Virus record (IMG/VR): IMGVR_UViG_3300010429_000664
Location: 26,066 to 90,065 of that record
Source: a virus
Taxonomy: Duplodnaviria; Caudoviricetes
Strand: one strand, 5' to 3'
Length of the DNA stretch: 64,000 nucleotides
Made by a program: the position numbers and the translations under genes. This document shows positions 20,026 to 30,029 of the stretch, piece by piece (position 1 is the stretch's first letter; each line of letters opens with the position of its first letter). The notes under the pieces are model-generated. The model was given only the letters and a program-made list of their open reading frames with translations, was not told the origin of the DNA and searched no databases.

Positions 20026-20950
20026 TTTCGTACCTGCCTATCCTGGTTATTATTTCATCGATAACTTCTTGGTTTACGCCCGCTCCAGGCGCATTAAGTT
20101 GCACCAAATCTCTGAACTTTAGCCCCCTAACCTCCGTGGTAGATAGATTATTTATGAAGTTGTCTAGGTTGGAATCAAATGCTTTAGAAAGTTCTAACTT
20201 CTTTAAATCGAAAACTTCTTCTCCGGGTTTACATTTCAACTCTATTTTTTCATAAGTTACCTTAGTATCACATGTTACCAATAAAACACTCGGACGAATG
20301 CTCATTTCCGTTATTTCAGTACGACCTATACAACCGACGTTGATGATGTTATTTACAACGAATGGCTGGTGGTAGTGTCCAGTTAAAAGCAAATCATAAT
20401 CATGCTGTAGAGTCTTAGCATTACAATGCAAAACGTCCGGTCTGAACTTATCAGGAGTTACAAGAGCGTGTACAATACCGATTTTGGGTTTGCTCGGTTC
20501 TAATCCCTCGCTACGCTCACGTAGTAGGGTCTCCAGACGACTCTCTATGTTATGCTCGTAGTCTATCCCTACTATTGATATATCGTTGATTTTAAGCGTT
20601 TCTAGGCGTTTAAATACCTTTGAACGTCGAAACATGTGAGCTAGACTGGTTGCTTTGGATAATCTAACCTCGTGATTCAATTCGTCATGGTTTCCAAAAC
20701 ACGAATACAGAGGTATACCAATACCTTCGATTAAATCCAATGCTTTGTCGCTTAACGTGTTGGATACCAATGGAGTATCCCAAAAGTCTCCACACGTAAC
20801 AATAGCATTACATTTACGTCCATCAGCCAATGCCAAAATCTGCTCTAATTTATCAAAGACAGAAAGGCAATAGCTGTCAACCCGATTTTCTGGATTATCA
20901 CCTCGTAGATGTAAGTCATTGAAATAGATGAATTTATACACTTTCTTCAA
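19994..20950 (-). CDS. SbcD/Mre11-like nuclease
   Basis: NDLHL, CGDFWD, GNHD, IVH, LTGHYH phosphoesterase motifs, located between the two SbcC halves. Confidence 0.85.
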   Translation of the reverse strand: MKKVYKFIYFNDLHLRGDNPENRVDSYCLSVFDKLEQILALADGRKCNAIVTCGDFWDTPLVSNTLSDKALDLIEGIGIPLYSCFGNHDELNHEVRLSKATSLAHMFRRSKVFKRLETLKINDISIVGIDYEHNIESRLETLLRERSEGLEPSKPKIGIVHALVTPDKFRPDVLHCNAKTLQHDYDLLLTGHYHQPFVVNNIINVGCIGRTEITEMSIRPSVLLVTCDTKVTYEKIELKCKPGEEVFDLKKLELSKAFDSNLDNFINNLSTTEVRGLKFRDLVQLNAPGAGVNQEVIDEIITRIGRYENELHRRIETY

Positions 20951-21252
20951 TCCCCTGTCGATGCTCGAACCTATCGGTCAAACTTACATGTTCAACCTGC
21001 GGAATAATAGTCTGTAAGGAAAACATATGCAAATTACTTACCGGTAGCGAAAAATTAAGGAGTATCAGCAATCCAAGCGCGGAAGTCATGTCGGTTATCC
21101 TTTCAGTTCGTCATCTGGTATTTCACACGCATAAAAATTTCCAAACATACACGGGCATTCTCCGGTGTTTCCCATGCACGGATAGTCCATTCGAACTGTT
21201 GCATACTCTTCTTCGGTTAATATTCTACCACATCCAATGCACTTATAAACAA

Positions 21253-22314
21253 TCATAATGGCCTCCGACATGTTGGACAAACAGGAATATTCGCTTTTTC
21301 GGCTTCAAGACTAACTATATCACGTTGAATGGCTTCGTGTCTACTAGAAAGATATTTTTCTATTTCCTCTGTTTTTATAATTTTTATACGTATGGAATCT
21401 AAATTGGCATAAAGTTCGTGTTGTTGACGTATTTTTTGAGTATCAACTTCTGGCACTTTGATGTTCTTTATAACCTTTAATTGCACAATAACTTTTAAAT
21501 AGTTATCATGCAGATTGGTTATATCGTTATACAACGAAATCTGCTTTTTTATGTTATCGAAATCGACGACCGGTACGTATATAGATTTAAGAGAATCTAG
21601 CTTTATACTGCTTTCAGTGAACCTAGTGAAAGTATCTTTTATTCGACTATATAATTCAACCTGTGACTCTATTTTTTGATAAACCTTTTCGGCATTACTG
21701 TATATTTGTAAAGCGTAGCTTAACCTATCGGATAACGCGGCTATCGTCTTTTCGGTTTCGCCTGTTAACGAGGCGATTTCGTTAGTTTGACGAGATATAT
21801 TTAACAAATCCTTGTTAAACGACTGAATAACCTTATCAGCTATATCGGCTCCTGTTAATTTATTAAAAATTTTCATCCTTTGAATTCCGGACTTCTCCAT
21901 CAGGAACGGAGATTCCATTTGTCCGGCAATATTCAGCAGTATATTCTCCTCTTCCGTTTCGAACGGTCTTATTTGCAATACTCGCTGTACGTCTTCTGGT
22001 ATAGTTTTGTTGATTGCCTCATAAGTTGTGGACTTGCCATCTGCATGAAGTATGTAAGCATTTTTCTTAGCATTTTTAACTCTTTCTACTTCTACTCCGT
22101 TATCTAACGTCAGTTTAACAGAGGTATTTTTCGTTCCTTCCTTTATAACCGAATCGCCTTTCGGCTCGTTGACCAATACCCACTTAATGGCTCTAATAAT
22201 AGTTGACTTACCAGCGTCAGAAGCTCCATGAATAACATTAAAACCGGATGATAAGTCCAGTTCTAACGTTTCATGTTTTTGGAAGTTTTTAAGGGAAATA
22301 TGAGTGATATACAT
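21253..22314 (-). CDS. SbcC/Rad50-like ATPase, N-terminal half ending in zinc hook
   Basis: I..I.LKNFQKH, Walker A GASDAGKS, coiled coil, terminal CPTC; likely start ATG 22314 (TAATG overlap). Confidence 0.85.
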   Translation of the reverse strand: MYITHISLKNFQKHETLELDLSSGFNVIHGASDAGKSTIIRAIKWVLVNEPKGDSVIKEGTKNTSVKLTLDNGVEVERVKNAKKNAYILHADGKSTTYEAINKTIPEDVQRVLQIRPFETEEENILLNIAGQMESPFLMEKSGIQRMKIFNKLTGADIADKVIQSFNKDLLNISRQTNEIASLTGETEKTIAALSDRLSYALQIYSNAEKVYQKIESQVELYSRIKDTFTRFTESSIKLDSLKSIYVPVVDFDNIKKQISLYNDITNLHDNYLKVIVQLKVIKNIKVPEVDTQKIRQQHELYANLDSIRIKIIKTEEIEKYLSSRHEAIQRDIVSLEAEKANIPVCPTCRRPL

Positions 22315-22829
22315 TAGATTCTTTGCATTCGACAAAGAGGAAGAAAATACTGATATCCAGAACCGTGATTCGCTATTTTATTATAATCTACCCAGGATTT
22401 CAGAAGCGAACTATAGTGTGCTCCATCTGCTGTTACTATTAAAATAGACTGACATCTTTCGTGAGAAAGTTGAGTGATTACGTCTGTTGATATGCCGTAT
22501 CCTTCATACTTCCTCATATAATGAACCGGTTTAACTTCTTTGATAAATACTCCATCCTCAAGCATTCCCGCTGTCACAAACTTGCCCTTCTTCGGGTCTA
22601 ACGTCCGGATTGGTTTTTTCATCAACAATCTCCCTTTTTACAACCTTTAGACATTTACAGGCCAATTTTTCACTTACAGGCATAGATACTATTTTTTCGA
22701 CTCCATTGCGATTGACGGCCTTTTTACCCATACGAACAAACGTTAGATACCCCTTACCGTTGCATCGACGACAATTTGGGTCGGAATAGTATTCCACTTG
22801 TTCTTTCTTCTCTGGATTCTGCTCGTCCA

Positions 22830-23828
22830 CTATTCACCTCCGCTGTATAGTTTATTGTTATATATGAATTTCGATTTAATTATTCGTAAGATATCGATTT
22901 GAAAAAACCCTCCGTCATAATAGTTAATAATACAAAATCCTAGTGAGAATTTATTTGGTTGGTTTTTCATAAAGTCCGGATTTTGCGTGGCAAGACACGG
23001 CATTGAAATTCCTATAGTACTAAGTTCTTTCGCTGGACTGTGCATCATCTTGACTTCTAGGGTATGTAAGTGTCCGCTTAAAACATTTCCCATAACCTGT
23101 GTTATCATTGATTTGGTTGGATTTTCTCCGCCTTTCCATCCATGAAATATATTCAATTTACCTACTTTTTCGATATGATTCTGTTCTTCGTACACTATAT
23201 ATCCTCGTTCTTTAAGTTTGAGATTCGGTATAACATTTATTAAGCCGTCTAATTGTGGCATTTTTTCTAGAACATCTTCAACAAACCTTTCGTGATTTCC
23301 CATCCAGAAACGTTTATCACATCCAACGGGAAGTCTTTTATCAAATTCGTCGAGTAAACGATTGCCTTCTTTATACTCAAACTCTAGTCGCTTGCCTTCT
23401 AGTGTTTTATTTTTATGTTTATCGTGTAACCAATGACTAACGCTTTCACATTCCAAAAAGTCTCCAAGAATAAAAAAACCGTCGAATTTAATGTCTTCGG
23501 TTAGTTTTAGAATAGCCTTAATAGATTTTTGGTCTTCGTGTGGAACGTGAGTATCCGCTATGACAAGATATTGCTTAAACTCTTTTTTATTTGTTTTAGC
23601 CGAACTTTTTACAATATTCCAATCGACGGGTGTAAAGTCGATTTCTCTTTTAATTGGAAATGAAACTGTTTTGGATGTTAAAATTTCTGACCTGGCTTTG
23701 ATTTTCTTTTTGAGTCTAAGTTGAGCAAGCAATCTTTGAATGGAGCGTTCAGAGGTATTAAAAATCTCGGCAAGTTCTAAGTCACTTTTACCGGTCTCGT
23801 ATAAAGCTATCAGCACTTTTTCATCCAT
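22830..23828 (-). CDS. HTH + calcineurin-like metallophosphoesterase
   Basis: N-terminal SDLELAEIFNTSERSIQR HTH; ADTH, LGDF, GNHE, FHG, GHLH motifs. Confidence 0.8.
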   Translation of the reverse strand: MDEKVLIALYETGKSDLELAEIFNTSERSIQRLLAQLRLKKKIKARSEILTSKTVSFPIKREIDFTPVDWNIVKSSAKTNKKEFKQYLVIADTHVPHEDQKSIKAILKLTEDIKFDGFFILGDFLECESVSHWLHDKHKNKTLEGKRLEFEYKEGNRLLDEFDKRLPVGCDKRFWMGNHERFVEDVLEKMPQLDGLINVIPNLKLKERGYIVYEEQNHIEKVGKLNIFHGWKGGENPTKSMITQVMGNVLSGHLHTLEVKMMHSPAKELSTIGISMPCLATQNPDFMKNQPNKFSLGFCIINYYDGGFFQIDILRIIKSKFIYNNKLYSGGE

Positions 23829-23837
23829 AAATACCTC

Positions 23838-24467
23838 TCAGTTATGACTATACTTTAAAAGGCCCAAAGTTTTTAAATCCTGTTCCATTAGAACCGTTAG
23901 TTTAATACTCGGATAAGCTATTCTAAACGTTTTTATTTTTTCCATACTATTTCTATACCAATAGCCTTTTATTTCGATATACTCATTTGTTTCAGGTAAA
24001 TAGAAATCCGGTCTATAGGTCGTTGGTTTATGGTTAATCAACAGTTCAAAGGTTTTAGGCTCGTAAATCCACTTAATATTATTCGTATCTAAATATTGCG
24101 CGTATTTAACTTCCCATGATGAACGCATATAGATGCTTTTATAATAGATGCCAGATGTAAAAGGAGCGACACTGCCAAACAAACGATTATTTTTACCGCT
24201 GTAAAACTTATAGTTGCACTTTGCACATCTAACAGTGTTTTCGTAAAAAGCTAATTTATGCAACTCTTTGCCACAGTCAATACAAAATTTCATTCTACCA
24301 TTTTTGCCACCCTTCCATCTCCAGTGGTTTGTTCCCTTTTGACGTTTGCTTCTTTCGATAGGAGCGTGTTTTCTGCATCTTTTACTTCCTGATGTATGAG
24401 CCGTTCGCCCTAGCTGTTTTCCGCAGTCGATACAATAAATAATAGGGCGTTTATTAGGCCATCTCAT
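23838..24467 (-). mobile_element. PD-(D/E)XK-type putative homing endonuclease
   Basis: Two CIDCGK zinc motifs, HWRWKGG, MRSSWE and YRPDFYLP...YIEIKGYW. Confidence 0.75.
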
Positions 24468-24745
24468 TTACGCCTCACTTCGATATCAGCTACTATGTAA
24501 TACATGTTGTTTTCGTTAGCAGGTAAAGAAATAATTAGTTTCGGGAGTTTATTATTATCTAACGAGTTATTCCAAAGTTTGTCGAGGATTTCCTTAGTAA
24601 TTGAAAATGATTTCTTATCAGTAGTTTTACATTCGATAAAATGTGTTTCGGTCGATAAATCAGACTTATCCCACGATAAAGCCCCAGAATTAATTGATTT
24701 CTGGCACTTATCTTCGAATTTTTGTCCTTTACGTTTATTATTCAT
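24464..24745 (-). CDS. Hjc-like PD-(D/E)XK Holliday junction resolvase
   Basis: KRKGQKFE...SGA...KSDL.....IECK; start reassigned to ATG 24745 (ATGA overlap). Confidence 0.6.
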   Translation of the reverse strand: MNNKRKGQKFEDKCQKSINSGALSWDKSDLSTETHFIECKTTDKKSFSITKEILDKLWNNSLDNNKLPKLIISLPANENNMYYIVADIEVRRK

Positions 24746-25028
24746 GCCCACAATCCTTCTTGTCCAAATGCCGGACAATCTCTCAAATATGTTACTCTCT
24801 TTAGTGCTTTTGGCATTTTCGATAACTTACGCAGATAATAAAATTTTTCAATCCCTAGGATACTAAACCTACAAATTTTAATAAAAACTTGTTTATTCTG
24901 AATATTATTTTTCCACATGCGTTTATATTCTTCTGCCATTGACTTAGATAAAAATTTTTTCAGAGGGGTACGGTCAATAACTCTGGTATTACCTCTGTAT
25001 TCGCTAGACATATTACCTCTTATATATT

Positions 25029-25122
25029 TGGCTGTGAGAGTTGGATTTGAACCCACATTTAGGTTTCCTCAACCTCGTCTTATAGTAGTGGGCAATTACT
25101 ATTCTACTTAGACCATCTCGCA
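25029..25122 (-). tRNA. 94-nt atypical tRNA-like RNA, anticodon undetermined
   Basis: Acceptor TGCGAGA/TCTCACA, G73, encoded CCA, T-arm GTGGG-TTCAAAT-CCAAC; the lower half has two hairpins, neither with a canonical anticodon loop. Confidence 0.7.
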
Positions 25123-25447
25123 GTTTATAAGGGCCGACTGTATGTTGACTCTATAGTTGGTCTGGTAATACCCTACAGCTAGGTGGAGTTATGTTCTCTC
25201 TTTGCCACCGGCCCAATTATTTTATCTACGACTGGGTTCCGGACGTTCTCCCTCAACAGGAGGTTCTTCCTTTTCAATAGGAGGCATCATCAACACCTGA
25301 AGTTTGTTAATGAGAACGTTCTTCAGTTTCTCAAGTTCGTCATACTTTGCTCGAAGTTCTGCCTGAAGCTTTAGAATATCAAATAGTTCAACCTTTAATC
25401 CGTCCATTGTTAGTTGAGTATCTTCCATAGTTTTCTCCTTTTTCTAT

Positions 25448-25477
25448 ATGATAGCATATTTACTGTTTAGGTGTCAA
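25448..25477 (-). promoter_or_regulatory. Sigma70-type promoter
   Basis: TTGACA-18-TATCAT with TGn, then AAAGGAG RBS and ATG 25428. Confidence 0.7.
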
Positions 25478-26102
25478 TCATTAAAATGAGCAAAATACTT
25501 ACGAAATAAATTCCATCCACGATTATAAATAGCAACCTCCTGTTCTGATAGAATTTTAAAATCGCCTTTCACTTTGTTAAATTGTTTTCTTTCCTTATTA
25601 TTTTTTGGTATTAAACACTGACCTTCCATCTGCATCTTTTCGACTTGAAATGTATAGATAACGTCTACAATAGCGTTTTCCCATTCTATTTCATCTTTAA
25701 AATCGCTCGGATAAGTAAAAGAGTCTCGTTTAAACTGCTGCAATCCTTTGGATATGATATTTGCTAAATAATAATCGAAGTTCCATAAGTCTCTATCTCC
25801 ATATCCTCTGACTCCTCTTTGGTAGAAACGGTAGACTTCTTTACAATAATCTACAATTAAAAACCACGCTCTTTGTGGAAAATATAGAATATGATGATAC
25901 CATTTAAGTTTAAATATCATCTTAAACGTGGTGCTATTGATTTCTACTTCATTCGTTTTCTTCGTCATCAAACTCCTCCGGGTCTGCTAGAATTTCGTTT
26001 ACATTTAATTTTTTACGTTTGTATTTCTTTTTGCTGTGTTTGACCCTAGTTACAGGATTTATACCCCACTCCTTACGAACGCTGTTATAAGCATCCAACT
26101 GC

Positions 26103-29100
26103 TCACTCATCTTCGGCATCTCCTTCTTTTACTTTTATACCAAATTCTTTAAGTAGGTCTGCCTTCCATCCCAAAGCCACGAAGATTTTCTCGATTTTTG
26201 TGTGAATATTACGCGATATCATTTTTGGCCAATTAACCTTTGCCGTCTCAATATGTGAAAAGCACTCGTCATCGAATGCAAGCACGTCTTTTTTAGTAGT
26301 AACTGATTTGACTAGAGATTTTAATTCGTATTTATTTAAATCTCCGTTTCCTTTCATCAATTCTTTCTTATCAGCTATAGTGCATTTTTTACCTGTATCT
26401 TTATTAAAATACCAAGGCATCTCAACTTCTTCTGTTACTGAACCTCCATCTGCGTAGATATAATAAAACGAGGAACCGCTGACCGGTTTAAATTCAGGCG
26501 TGTTATCGATTGCCCGCAAAAAAATCGGCACGTTCTTATATGCCTCCCGTGGTTTACTAATCTTGCAGGGAAAGGCGACGTTTGACAACGGCTCCTCGGT
26601 TATTTTCTTTTCCTGTTCTTTTATCCACGCTATTATTTCTCCCTTGGGTTTATCATTTAGAATTAGTTCAATCAATTCTGTCTGAAATTTTTTCATAAAC
26701 GTTGAACTATTTCCACTCCAATACGATTTTCCGTTTCTCATTACAAAAATAGTATGATGAGGTTCAACTTCTACACAATATATTTTTCCTTTATAATATT
26801 TGGTTTTTATTTTGTGAGGTTCTATCGTAAAAAACTTGTTTGAATTTTCCGATATTTTATAATGTATTCCTCCTACATTTGCCCAATGGTCTACAATCCA
26901 TTTTTGATGGGGTTCTACTATAATACGCTGTATTGTTGCGCTTATACCGGTTTTGCAAATAATTTCGTGAAGGTCGTGAGCCATCTGTTTGCTACTAGTA
27001 GTATAGAATTTTTGATTGTTGATAATATAACCATCTCCAGCGCAATAGGCATCCAATAATATTTGAAGCAAATCAGGACTGGCTTGTTTTGCATACGTTG
27101 GAATTAATTTATTTTCTGCGTGTTTACCATATTTGTTTAATTCCAACGCTAAAAGTTTATCTTTTATTTGATATTTTGTTTCCTCTTTATCTCTATAAAA
27201 ATAAATACCTAATTTCAAAAGCAGTTTTTCAATTTGTCTGCACTTGTCAGGATTGGCGTTTTCTGATTGTGCTATATCTATTTCATAGATATTTTTTTGT
27301 TCGTTTATATAGACGTTTCCCTCACTTAAATACCAACCGAGCAATTCGAACCAATCCGAAAGGTCTATAGATTTTTCGTTGTATTGTCGGCGTACCAATC
27401 CGGTTAAAGTAATTTTACTACCTAAATTTACTCCGGTCCATTTAAAATATTTCTGAGATGTGAAAACTGTTTTGGTGTGTTTGATATCTTTAATTGACTT
27501 AAATTTGTCGTGGTCGTTTTGAGAGTATTGGGCGGTTCTTTGGAGAAACTGGTGATTTGGTGTCACACAGAAATCTACGGATGTATTGTTGTAATTAAAC
27601 ATCGTTCCGGTATAATCTTCGCAAATTATTTTTTTAATCGGGTAATAATCCGCTAAATTAGTATGTGGATTTAAACTAAGCACCTTATCGTTTAAGGTCA
27701 AATCTTTAAACAAAGTCCATCCTTTATCAGTTAAAACTTTAGTTTGACCGTCGAAACAGTCCTTGCGTTTCATTTCCACGCCTTTTACAACCTTTTTCAG
27801 TTCTCCCTTCTCATTACGCAAGTATCCTACATATCGGCACTTAGCTAGAATTAATATCTTTTCAAAAACGCCTTCATACGCGAACTGAATATTGACTTCT
27901 GGTTTTCCAAAAGTTTGGCCCCATTCTTTTATGAGGTTGTTCATTAGGTCGGTTAAATTGTCGTTTGAACAGACGTATACGCTATCCGTATCTATATATA
28001 GAACTTCGTATCCCTTTTCGGCAAGTTTGTCTTGTACAAAATGCAATAGACTTCTGACTAGCCATGTCGTTCCTCCTGCTACATTTAAATCAAAAAGTCT
28101 AAAGAATCGCATACCAAACGTGCCATAATGAGCATTCACGCACGATTTAATAGCAGCATATCGTATTTCATTTTCTTTATATTCGGGAGTATCGACCGCG
28201 CACGATTCTAAATCGTTTTTAATTTTCGACTTCAATTGAACTGCCTTCCTCATAATTGTAGGCAGTAGGGCTTTGTCATTTTGCTTAAACCATACGTCGT
28301 TTATTTTTATACAACCTTCTTCGTATACTTGCCTCACGTTGGCCGGGTCTAGACAGAAATTTATAATAGCCCAGGGATAAGCAGAGCCAATGTCAAATGC
28401 TGAAATCCCGTTAAACTTTCCGGTTTTAAACGCAACTCGATAAGCTCCTTCAAACTCTTGTCGCTCTTCGTCTTCATTAACAACCGGTTTATTAGGTAGA
28501 ACAACCTTCTGCTGTTTAGCTTCCATAAGTAACAAATTATCTACTACTCGGCTGTAGAAAGTCATAGACTCCCAATCTACTTTGCTAAGTCGTCTTATTT
28601 CATCGTGAAACTCCACCAGTTTAAACTTATTTTCTAGATTCATTAGGATTTGAACGTCTTCTTGATTACGATACTTAACCTCATCGGATATTTTATTAAA
28701 ATCGACTTTAGAAAAGGTTTTACCAACTCCAAGATGTTTTTTTGCAATATGGTCAAGTGTATACTGTTCTTCTTTATTAAGCGTTATTTTTTTAAACCAA
28801 CTCAGATAATCAACTATGGAAGTTCCTATTGGGTACATTACTCCGTCTTTTCCGTATCGAGATTTGCCGACCGGACTAATAGCCTCTGCAAACGACTTTG
28901 ACTTACGAACACCAAATAGACGTTCCCATCTAGCAGACAGATACGGTATATCGAAATCAATATTCCATGCCATTAATATGTCAAACGCTTCTAGTTTCAA
29001 GTATTCGGCAAATGATTGAAGCATTAACTCTTCATCGTTGTTGAATTCAGGAAGAAAAAAGGTCGTTATCTCATCACAAAAATTTGAAATCACTGATATG

Positions 29101-29468
29101 CAGGATATCTTGAATTTAGGATTTTCAGCGGAAGGTAATTCGGAACACTTCATTTCTACGTCAAAAAAACCGAATTTAATCGCGGTCTTATCTAGAGTAT
29201 CTACTTTGTCTATTAAGTATCTTTGTGGAAAGCTCACGTCACTTTCATAAGCGTCGTGACCGGCAGATTTACGCATTTCATTTGGGTCTCCTCCTAGTAT
29301 TTTACGAAGAGGTTGGCCGGTGTAGGATTTGCAAGTTCCTGTGGAAGCGTAGGATACGTAATAGTATGGATAGAAGTCGTTTACTTCCTCTATCGATTGT
29401 ACACCATTCGAGTCGCGTTTAAAAATATATAGCAAACGCTTATCATTGTGCAAATTGACAATGTTCAT
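26103..29468 (-). CDS. polB: Family B DNA polymerase with intein
   Basis: Exonuclease motifs FDVE, AWNI.FD, Y...D; polymerase motifs DIGSAYP, KSCVNAHYG, YIDTDS, KGVE..R.D. Confidence 0.95.
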   Translation of the reverse strand: MNIVNLHNDKRLLYIFKRDSNGVQSIEEVNDFYPYYYVSYASTGTCKSYTGQPLRKILGGDPNEMRKSAGHDAYESDVSFPQRYLIDKVDTLDKTAIKFGFFDVEMKCSELPSAENPKFKISCISVISNFCDEITTFFLPEFNNDEELMLQSFAEYLKLEAFDILMAWNIDFDIPYLSARWERLFGVRKSKSFAEAISPVGKSRYGKDGVMYPIGTSIVDYLSWFKKITLNKEEQYTLDHIAKKHLGVGKTFSKVDFNKISDEVKYRNQEDVQILMNLENKFKLVEFHDEIRRLSKVDWESMTFYSRVVDNLLLMEAKQQKVVLPNKPVVNEDEERQEFEGAYRVAFKTGKFNGISAFDIGSAYPWAIINFCLDPANVRQVYEEGCIKINDVWFKQNDKALLPTIMRKAVQLKSKIKNDLESCAVDTPEYKENEIRYAAIKSCVNAHYGTFGMRFFRLFDLNVAGGTTWLVRSLLHFVQDKLAEKGYEVLYIDTDSVYVCSNDNLTDLMNNLIKEWGQTFGKPEVNIQFAYEGVFEKILILAKCRYVGYLRNEKGELKKVVKGVEMKRKDCFDGQTKVLTDKGWTLFKDLTLNDKVLSLNPHTNLADYYPIKKIICEDYTGTMFNYNNTSVDFCVTPNHQFLQRTAQYSQNDHDKFKSIKDIKHTKTVFTSQKYFKWTGVNLGSKITLTGLVRRQYNEKSIDLSDWFELLGWYLSEGNVYINEQKNIYEIDIAQSENANPDKCRQIEKLLLKLGIYFYRDKEETKYQIKDKLLALELNKYGKHAENKLIPTYAKQASPDLLQILLDAYCAGDGYIINNQKFYTTSSKQMAHDLHEIICKTGISATIQRIIVEPHQKWIVDHWANVGGIHYKISENSNKFFTIEPHKIKTKYYKGKIYCVEVEPHHTIFVMRNGKSYWSGNSSTFMKKFQTELIELILNDKPKGEIIAWIKEQEKKITEEPLSNVAFPCKISKPREAYKNVPIFLRAIDNTPEFKPVSGSSFYYIYADGGSVTEEVEMPWYFNKDTGKKCTIADKKELMKGNGDLNKYELKSLVKSVTTKKDVLAFDDECFSHIETAKVNWPKMISRNIHTKIEKIFVALGWKADLLKEFGIKVKEGDAEDE
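26709..27758 (-). mobile_element. 350-aa intein with LAGLIDADG endonuclease in PolB
   Basis: Begins CFDGQTKVLT, has TPNH block B, LLGWYLSEG and LLDAYCAGDG LAGLIDADG motifs, ends RNGKSYWSGN followed by Ser+1. Confidence 0.92.
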
Positions 29469-29474
29469 GGTATA

Positions 29475-29503
29475 ACTATATCACTTTTGCTCTCTGGTGT
29501 CAA
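29475..29503 (-). promoter_or_regulatory. Sigma70-type promoter, probably leaderless start of polB
   Basis: TTGACA-17-TATAGT with TGn; the polB ATG (29468) begins 7 nt after the -10 box and has no SD. Confidence 0.75.
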
Positions 29504-30029
29504 GCACTTGAATAACTTGTTGTACCAGTAAGGTTGGGTCGGACTCCTGAATCATTACAAACTTAGAATAAGGTTTGCGTATTTTTTCGGCAATGCTCCA
29601 GGCTAGGTCGCATATTCCACCTGAACCTTCTAAAATTCCAATTACAAGGTCTAGTTCTAAACTCAATGCTAGTTCGTGATTTGTTCCTGTCATTCCTCCT
29701 ATGACAATACATCCGTCACATGCTTTAACGTTGATAACGTCTCTTTGAACAAAATCTGACCCAGTATAAATAACATCTTCGTTATTCTGTGGCGGTAAAT
29801 GATATTTTTCTACATGTTCTTTGAGATTTCGAGCTGGTGAAAACGACAAAGTTTTTCCATTACAATTTCGCGCTCCGTCTACCGCAGCACCGGGTAAACC
29901 GTAGCAGCACCCCGTGACAACGACTTGTTTATGAGCAGCGAGCGTTTTACCAACTTGATAAGCTTTTGCCATTAAATCTAAATCTGTCGATTCCCCGCTT
30001 CCAAAAACTCCCAATTTATAAATCTTCAT
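29481..30029 (-). CDS. LOG/SLOG-family nucleotide-binding protein
   Basis: GVFGSG, VTGCCYGLP.AA..GA, R...NV..CDG.IV.GG..GT..E. Confidence 0.75.
   Translation of the reverse strand: MKIYKLGVFGSGESTDLDLMAKAYQVGKTLAAHKQVVVTGCCYGLPGAAVDGARNCNGKTLSFSPARNLKEHVEKYHLPPQNNEDVIYTGSDFVQRDVINVKACDGCIVIGGMTGTNHELALSLELDLVIGILEGSGGICDLAWSIAEKIRKPYSKFVMIQESDPTLLVQQVIQVLDTREQK

Noticed and set aside
25012-25056. N-terminal extension MGSNPTLTAK of ORF 24742..25056
   Set aside because: It is the translated T-arm and acceptor of the tRNA-like gene; the real start is more likely ATG 25011 with an AGAGG RBS.
25150-25195. TPP-riboswitch-like TCTGGTAATACC segment
   Set aside because: It is antisense to local transcription and lacks the CTGAGA and AGCGTAGGGA elements.
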